This document shows positions 58,322 to 64,000 of a stretch of 64,000 nucleotides of DNA, in pieces. The notes beneath the pieces were generated by a model, which saw only the letters and a list, made by a program, of their open reading frames with translations, was not told where the DNA came from and searched no databases. The translations under genes and the position numbers were made by a program. The number at the start of each line of letters is the position of its first letter. Positions within the stretch are counted from its first letter, which is position 1. Origin of the DNA: Macrostomum lignano (lineage: Eukaryota); NCBI GenBank assembly GCA_002269645.1, contig NIVC01001870.1:111798-175797 (forward strand). Direction: 5' to 3'.

Positions 58322-60378
58322 TTTATATAGAAATATTTAAGTATTTCGGTTTGTGGCCGTTCCAAATATGCGGTCGCAGCAAAATCATATCCTGCTGATG
58401 TGCTACCACAAACGGCTGCACCACGAATAAAATGTGCGGCATCTGCTCCTCCAGTTCGAGCACCAAAACCCATAAGAGTTCCCGTTTTATCTAAATCTCC
58501 CCAAGTTCCACTATCATATGTAAAAAAGTTTTGCCCAATTAGCGTATATGTATTAGCTGATACATTGTATGTGCTTATTTGATACCAAACTCTTTGATTT
58601 AAAATATTAATTTCAAAAAGATGCCAATCGCCGTTATCAATATTAGCATAGGTTATAGTTTGATCTGCGTCATTAAGAACATCATTACGAGCTGTTGCAC
58701 CGTCTGATTTTATATTGCTCCAAACAACCCCAACTCTATCATGCCATTCACTCGCAAACACAATCAAGCCGGCGCGGGTTGTTAACCCGGATCCAAATTC
58801 ACTTGTTGGACGTTCGTGACAATATGCATAAAACCAAACCGCATCAGCACCACTTCCTGTAGCATTAGCAACTCGGAAATAGAAGGAGGCGGAGATATTA
58901 CGAAAATGGGTGAAATTAAATTGCAACGCTCCAGACTGACCACTTGCTTCATCAGTAATTCTAGCTCCATTTTGATAATCAATATAAGTAGCGCTACCAA
59001 CAAAACTTCCAGTTGGAAAAATATCACCGGCTGTGGTTGGGTTTTGATATCCAGTCCAATTGCAAATTACAGGCTCGTACAAAGCGGCATCGATTGCAGG
59101 TATTCCATCCAATTTTATTTTATCGTTAAAAGACATTCGGCCATCCGCCGTTTGTGTTACTCGCGTATCAACATAACCTTTAGTAACAACAGAACTGTTA
59201 TTGTTTATAGTAGAGATATTAGTAATTGTATTACCTCCCATATCAATTGATTGATTAACCACTCCCAAATTTAAATCAAGAATTGTAAACGTCTGTCTAT
59301 AAATCTGGAAGGTTGACAGACCCGGGTTGGTTGAACCCGAGTTGATGTAAGACAGAACAATCTGAAATATGAATATGTTTTATCAAAATTTTGTGTGACA
59401 TTAATTGTTTGAGTTGAGTTATTTATTGCTACAGAACTATCCGCAGGTATTAATACGTCCCAACTTGTATTGTCATTACTTCCCTCAAATCGCCATGATG
59501 CTGGGTGCTCGGTTGAAGGTGATGGCCTACCACGTAAATCAATTTTATAACACATTATTGCGGAAGGGCATTGGACTTGAATCCAATAATCGGTTTGAGT
59601 ATTATTTGTTGCCCAATCTGTTGAATCATTTCCATCAAACGCTTTCCAACTTGCAAAATCAGTTGTATTAAATGCAGTGCTTGCGGTTATTGCAAAACCA
59701 TTTCCACTCCAATCTGCCATGGTAGGTATGTGACCAGTTTCAACCGTTTGGAATCGATCTGTTTTGGGCTCCACCCCCAACTAAATTATCAACCTCCGTT
59801 TTGGTATAGGAATCAGTTATATCTCTTTTTAAATTTAAGGAATTATCAACTTCAGTTTTGCTATAAGAATCAGTTATATCTCTTTTTAAATTTAGGGAAT
59901 TATCAACTTCGGTTTTGGTATAGGAATCAGTTATATCTCTTTTTAAATTTAGGGAATTATCAACTTCAGTTTTGGTATAGGAATCAGCAACATTCCGTTT
60001 TAAATTTAGGGAATTATCAACTTCGGTTTTGGTATAAGAATCGGCCGTATTGCGTTTTAAATTTAATGAATCATCTATTTGAGTTCGAGAATAAGAATCA
60101 GTTATATCTCTTTTTAAATTTAACCCATTGTCAACCTCTGTTTTTGTATATGAATCGGCTACGTTCCGTTTTAAATTTAGGGAATTATCTATTTGAGTTT
60201 TGGTATAGGAATCTGCAACATTTCTTTTTAAATTTAGTTTAGTATCAACTTCACTTTTTTTATAACCTTCATCTTCATTAATATATCGGTTATCTCCGAA
60301 TGTAACACTTATTCCACCAGAAGTACCACCACCAGTACTTGATGTTCCGTTCCATGAGGGTGTTCCAGAAAATAACAT
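58246..60378 (-). CDS. Putative fibre/receptor-binding protein (about 700 aa, two frameshifts): 19-aa shaft repeats, discoidin (F5/8C), short stalk, L-type lectin
   Basis: 8 x KR(D/N)xxDSYTKTEVDNSLNL; AS..WKAFDG...WIQV...GR...EGSND..W...YFRL; IDMGGNTITNI...TKGYVD; GADAVWF...GDWH...MGFGARTGG..AHFIR. Confidence 0.75.
59785..60260 (-). repeat. 57-bp coding tandem repeat x 8 (fibre shaft)
   Basis: Directly visible 19-aa periodicity. Confidence 0.9.
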
Positions 60379-60408
60379 TTTTTACTGTCTATTTTATAGA
60401 GTCTAAAA

Positions 60409-60827
60409 TCATCTTAAATACTTCGGGTTTACACGAGCTTCATTCGAAAGTCGATATAAAAAATACAACGCCGCTTGCCCGCAATAACTTTTATCAAAGG
60501 TTTGAAATTGTTCGTGATGATCTCCACATAAACGATTTTTAGTATGATTAAATTTGTCTTTTATTTCCTGTAACGGAGGAAGCGCGTATGAATCAAAAAA
60601 ATAAACAAGTTTAGGTTTGAATAAACTGCTGACCAATGAACACCATTTTCTTTTGTTGTTTCAATATTAACAATGAAACATCCATATTGTGGTAAGTCTT
60701 TTATCTCATCCCGCATAACACATCTGAATGGTTTTATTTTTAACTGCCTCGCCCAATTTGTTAATTCGATATTGCTTGTTGTGTCCGTTCCATATCTTTG
60801 TTTAAAATCATCCCACGTCATGGTCAT
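60409..60827 (-). CDS. Adenain-like cysteine protease (one frameshift near 60620)
   Basis: NGVHWSA (His), YFFDSY (Asp), QFQ..SYCG (Gln/Cys) in adenain order. Confidence 0.88.
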
Positions 60828-60828
60828 T

Positions 60829-61032
60829 TTATGTTCCTGAAAAACTCTTGGTTTTAGTTAGTTTCGTAGGTGTGGGTTTTAACAATTCCTTTCTTATTTT
60901 ATCAGCTTGTAACTGCCTTAATTTTGCTAGTTCTAGTTCGTAATTATCTTCAGCTTTTTTAACTTTTTCTGATTGTTTTTTTATTAAATTATTATCGTGC
61001 TTTGCACGCGAACATGTTGTTCGATTACCCAT
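60829..61032 (-). CDS. Small basic coiled-coil protein
   Basis: MGNRTTC...KLRQLQADKIRKELL, between penton and protease. Confidence 0.45.
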   Translation of the reverse strand: MGNRTTCSRAKHDNNLIKKQSEKVKKAEDNYELELAKLRQLQADKIRKELLKPTPTKLTKTKSFSGT

Positions 61033-61076
61033 TTTTACTATAGGAAACGGACAAAGTCCGTGAACCAAAGGTTCGA

Positions 61077-61862
61077 TCAAACCTGTTTTATACGTAAAAT
61101 TATTGTTATTGATTGCCCACCAAAACTTATTAATCTATCGCTTTCATCTACAATCCTAATATAAATTGATTGAACGCTATATTGATTTAAAGGATAATAT
61201 ATTGGGGTTTGGGGTGCAACAATCATTTTCTCTCCAATTGGAACAGCAAGAAATGGGATTGAATAAATAATTCCACGTTGAACCAAAACTCCGTTATTAT
61301 CTGTTATATAACCACCGTTTGATATGTCGGTTGTTATATTAATTGTATTAACTCCACCCTCAATATTTCCCACTGTATCTCCGGTGCTTGATGTGGTAAC
61401 TATTCGGGAATTAAATCCAAGTATGGTTCTGAGTGAATTTGCAATTGTGAAATCAACCTGATATCCGGATCCTAGTGATAGTGTGAATCTGCCAGACGGT
61501 AAATCAACACCTATAACAATTGCTCCTGTTACCCAATCACCATTAGTTGTTAATTCTCCTTCTATATAAGCATTCAAATCAGTATAGCTATACGCTCCTG
61601 GGTTAATGCTAAATGTTGTCCAATTGGCTCCGGAATCTTTAGAATATCTAAATTGATTATTTGTTGCATTAATTAATTGAGGCATGTTGAAAACCGAAAA
61701 TAGAATTAAACCTATTTGATAACTTAGGCTTTGATCAAGTTGTAATGGATCGCGCAATTGAATCCGTTGCTCGCTGGTTGTCATTATAAACTGTAATGTT
61801 GTACTAAATTTTGAATTAGTTCGATCTACCAATTGTTTTATAGTATTTAAATTTGTAGTCAT
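61077..61862 (-). CDS. Minor capsid (penton) protein, 261 aa
   Basis: Intact beta-rich ORF: LRDPLQLD..YQIGL, NATNNQFRYS, INPGAYSYTDLNAYI, IRIVDESDRLISFGG, typical of Polinton minor capsid proteins. Confidence 0.8.
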   Translation of the reverse strand: MTTNLNTIKQLVDRTNSKFSTTLQFIMTTSEQRIQLRDPLQLDQSLSYQIGLILFSVFNMPQLINATNNQFRYSKDSGANWTTFSINPGAYSYTDLNAYIEGELTTNGDWVTGAIVIGVDLPSGRFTLSLGSGYQVDFTIANSLRTILGFNSRIVTTSSTGDTVGNIEGGVNTINITTDISNGGYITDNNGVLVQRGIIYSIPFLAVPIGEKMIVAPQTPIYYPLNQYSVQSIYIRIVDESDRLISFGGQSITIILRIKQV

Positions 61863-61882
61863 TTTTATAGTGGGAAATTGTG

Positions 61883-62675
61883 CTATGTCTCTTCTTCCTC
61901 ATTATCTTCTTTTATCAAATTTGTTAAAATTCTATGTTTCCTTTCTAACCTCGGATTGATATAAATATGTTTGTATTGGCTATCATCCCAAATTTTTTTA
62001 CACATACTTTTAAATGGTTTTGCATCCAATCCGGGATTAAATCTAGCGTGAATATTTTGTAGATCATAGTTATCTAAATCAAACATTACACAACAGCTAG
62101 CATTCTTTTTTATAATCGATTCTAATTCTCTAAAGGATTGAGTAAGATAAAAAGCTCCAATTCCATCTCCTCTACCACTAACAAAAATTTCCTTTTGCAA
62201 TTCTTGATCACCGTCATTAATACAATCATCAAAAATAATTAGTGTTTTATCATGTTTTGGAATTTGATCATAGGCTAATCGGGTTGATACTCTAACAGTT
62301 GGGGCGCGATCGGACGAAGTCCGCGACCCTTCGGGGCGATCGGTGATGTTTTCTGGCTGTTGTGCCATTGTTTTACATAAATCCTCAATGTCTGCTAGAT
62401 TAAATCGCGGTTCGTCATCATCCTCATATTGCTCATATGCTCTTAACATTCTAAACAAGACATCTTTTTTAATTTGTTTTTTAATCCATGTTTAAGAAAT
62501 TCATAATATTTTATTCTAGGTTTATTAGTATAAATTATTAAATTATTATAGTCTAACATTCCATCTGTTGTTAATAAATCGTAAACAAAGTGTGTTTTTC
62601 CTTTACCTGATCCTCCGATTACTAAACAAAGAAAAGGATCATTTGGAAATATTTATTGTGTTTTGCCTTTACCAT
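61883..62675 (-). CDS. FtsK/A32-like packaging ATPase (two frameshifts)
   Basis: Walker A IGGSGKGKT (about 62596-62622), Walker B LIIFDD, and GRGDGIGAFYLTQSF. Confidence 0.88.
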
Positions 62676-62739
62676 TTTTAAAGAAATAATTTAAATAGGC
62701 GCGACGGTCGGAGACCTGCGACACTAAAGTGGTGCGACG

Positions 62740-64000
62740 TGCTTTGCACTGCACTCATTTTACAATGGTGCGTCCGAACAATCGTGCCATCAGCTTTAGC
62801 AATTGACATATATTCCTCTAGAAACAATACGTGGGCGTCAAGTGCTGATTACCGGTTTTATTAATCTCTAACATATAATTAAGTCCAATATTGGCTACGT
62901 TTTCTTTCTGTGCCGTTAGATCATAAACAACCACTGGATGAATGTTTAGAAACTCTGTGGGTGTGTACTGAGGGACGGCATACGCTTCATTTTTAGCATA
63001 ATCTTGATAATATTTTATAAAATCATTAACATTATTATTTGCTATATTTAAATTTAGGGGGTCTTTAACCGGATAATATTGATCATCAACCTGCAGGCGG
63101 ATATTCTGAACATTAAACTCGTTAATAGCTGCAGCCGCATTGTCTGTTGCGGTGGCTGCTTGTTCTGCTATGGCACCGGATTGAAGCCAATATAAATCCC
63201 CATTTGCTCTTTTACTCCTTCTATTTGTTATCTTAAACCAAACAAAATATATCTCACCCGACGTTTTGATGTCAGTATTTGCCACTGGAATGAATCCTGG
63301 TTATTATTAATGGTTCGCATAAAATGTCGACGATTCAAATAAAATATTTCCTGATCATGCGTTAACTGATTATCGATGTGTTTTAAAAGTGGGGCTGTTA
63401 CCTCAATAGTTGGTACGACTAATTGAATTGAATCTATACGAACTGCTATATCGGTTGAAATTGAGGTTCCATAAAGTATCCTAGGCTGATATCCACCAGA
63501 TATTTGCAACTGTATCCCAAATTTTAATCCTTTCCATACCCGATTTGGTGAGAAAAACCCAAATAGTGGAAAGATTGAAAAGTCCTGCTCATATGCTGTT
63601 GCTGTGGTTAAAACCGCGACTGGGAATTTATTCTGACGATCTATAAAACCAGTATTAATATCTTTTGTATTAGTCATAGTGGTTACAACTGGAACTATGT
63701 TTGTATTAAGGTAAACAATTAGCGCTGCAGTATCTGCACCGGCTGCGTTTTGTACATTAGGTAAAACTACTGCTTGACCCGTTACTTTATCCGGCATCCA
63801 CCCAACATTATCACCAACTTGTTTTGATAAATAAGTATAATTTAAATGTTTCAAAACTCCATTAATCTCTGCGGGGTTTGATGATGTCTCAACCTCAGCA
63901 CCATTAACAGTTAGTTGAGCTTGGGAAAAACATTTATAAAACCAATCATTTTCTATTATTATTCCGGATCGATCTGCGATATCTCCGCTGCAAGAGCAGT
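62740..64000 (-). CDS. Major capsid protein (5' part beyond the window; frameshifts near 63230 and 62845; 3' end approximate)
   Basis: FQWQI...RYILFG-FK, NVQNIRLQVDDQYYP, FIKYYQDY, HPVVVYDLT, in the position and pattern of the Polinton major capsid protein. Confidence 0.8.

Larger units (their letters stand above)
50238..64000. mobile_element. Polinton/Maverick (adintovirus-like) endogenous viral element, continuing beyond the window; left end may be 48645
   Basis: AT-rich, intronless, tightly packed pPolB, adenain, penton, ATPase, major capsid and fibre genes; AGTAGT-led terminus-like motifs at 48645 and 50238. Integrase is not within the window. Confidence 0.93.

Noticed and set aside
50579-60242. 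ORFs 50579-51034 (-), 59730-60242 (+), 58816-59250 (+) and similar
   Set aside because: Antisense shadows of viral genes or of the 57-bp coding repeat.

Overview
Eukaryotic (invertebrate animal) genomic DNA, very rich in transposons, with one host gene. (1) 1-9.7 kb: old LTR-like modules with a tRNA-Leu primer-binding site (PBS), a possible Crypton remnant and minisatellites. (2) 9795-19206, minus strand: a 10-exon AP-1/AP-2 beta-adaptin gene; eight of its nine introns carry their own minisatellite and one carries a CORE-type SINE. (3) 23.6-33.4 kb: a decayed Ty3/Gypsy element. One LTR copy holds a 298-bp MITE with a 28S rDNA fragment; the element also has an intact extra ORF and is followed by a tandem array of PBS-like motifs. 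(4) 34.7-48.2 kb: a nest of DNA and non-LTR elements (Merlin fragment, THAP-encoding P-element derivative, RTE fragment, piggyBac interrupted by an RNase H-bearing LINE, two further Gypsy fragments). (5) about 50.2 kb (possibly 48.6 kb) to the window end: a Polinton/Maverick (adintovirus-like) endogenous virus encoding pPolB, core proteins, a fibre with discoidin and L-lectin domains, adenain, penton, packaging ATPase and major capsid protein. The most unusual observations are a 30-nt GC-rich double-hairpin element present in frame in two viral genes, the one-base homopolymer frameshifts suggesting the virus may be intact, the two-lectin fibre, the rDNA-carrying MITE and the PBS array. All homology calls come from motif recognition by eye; no searches were run.
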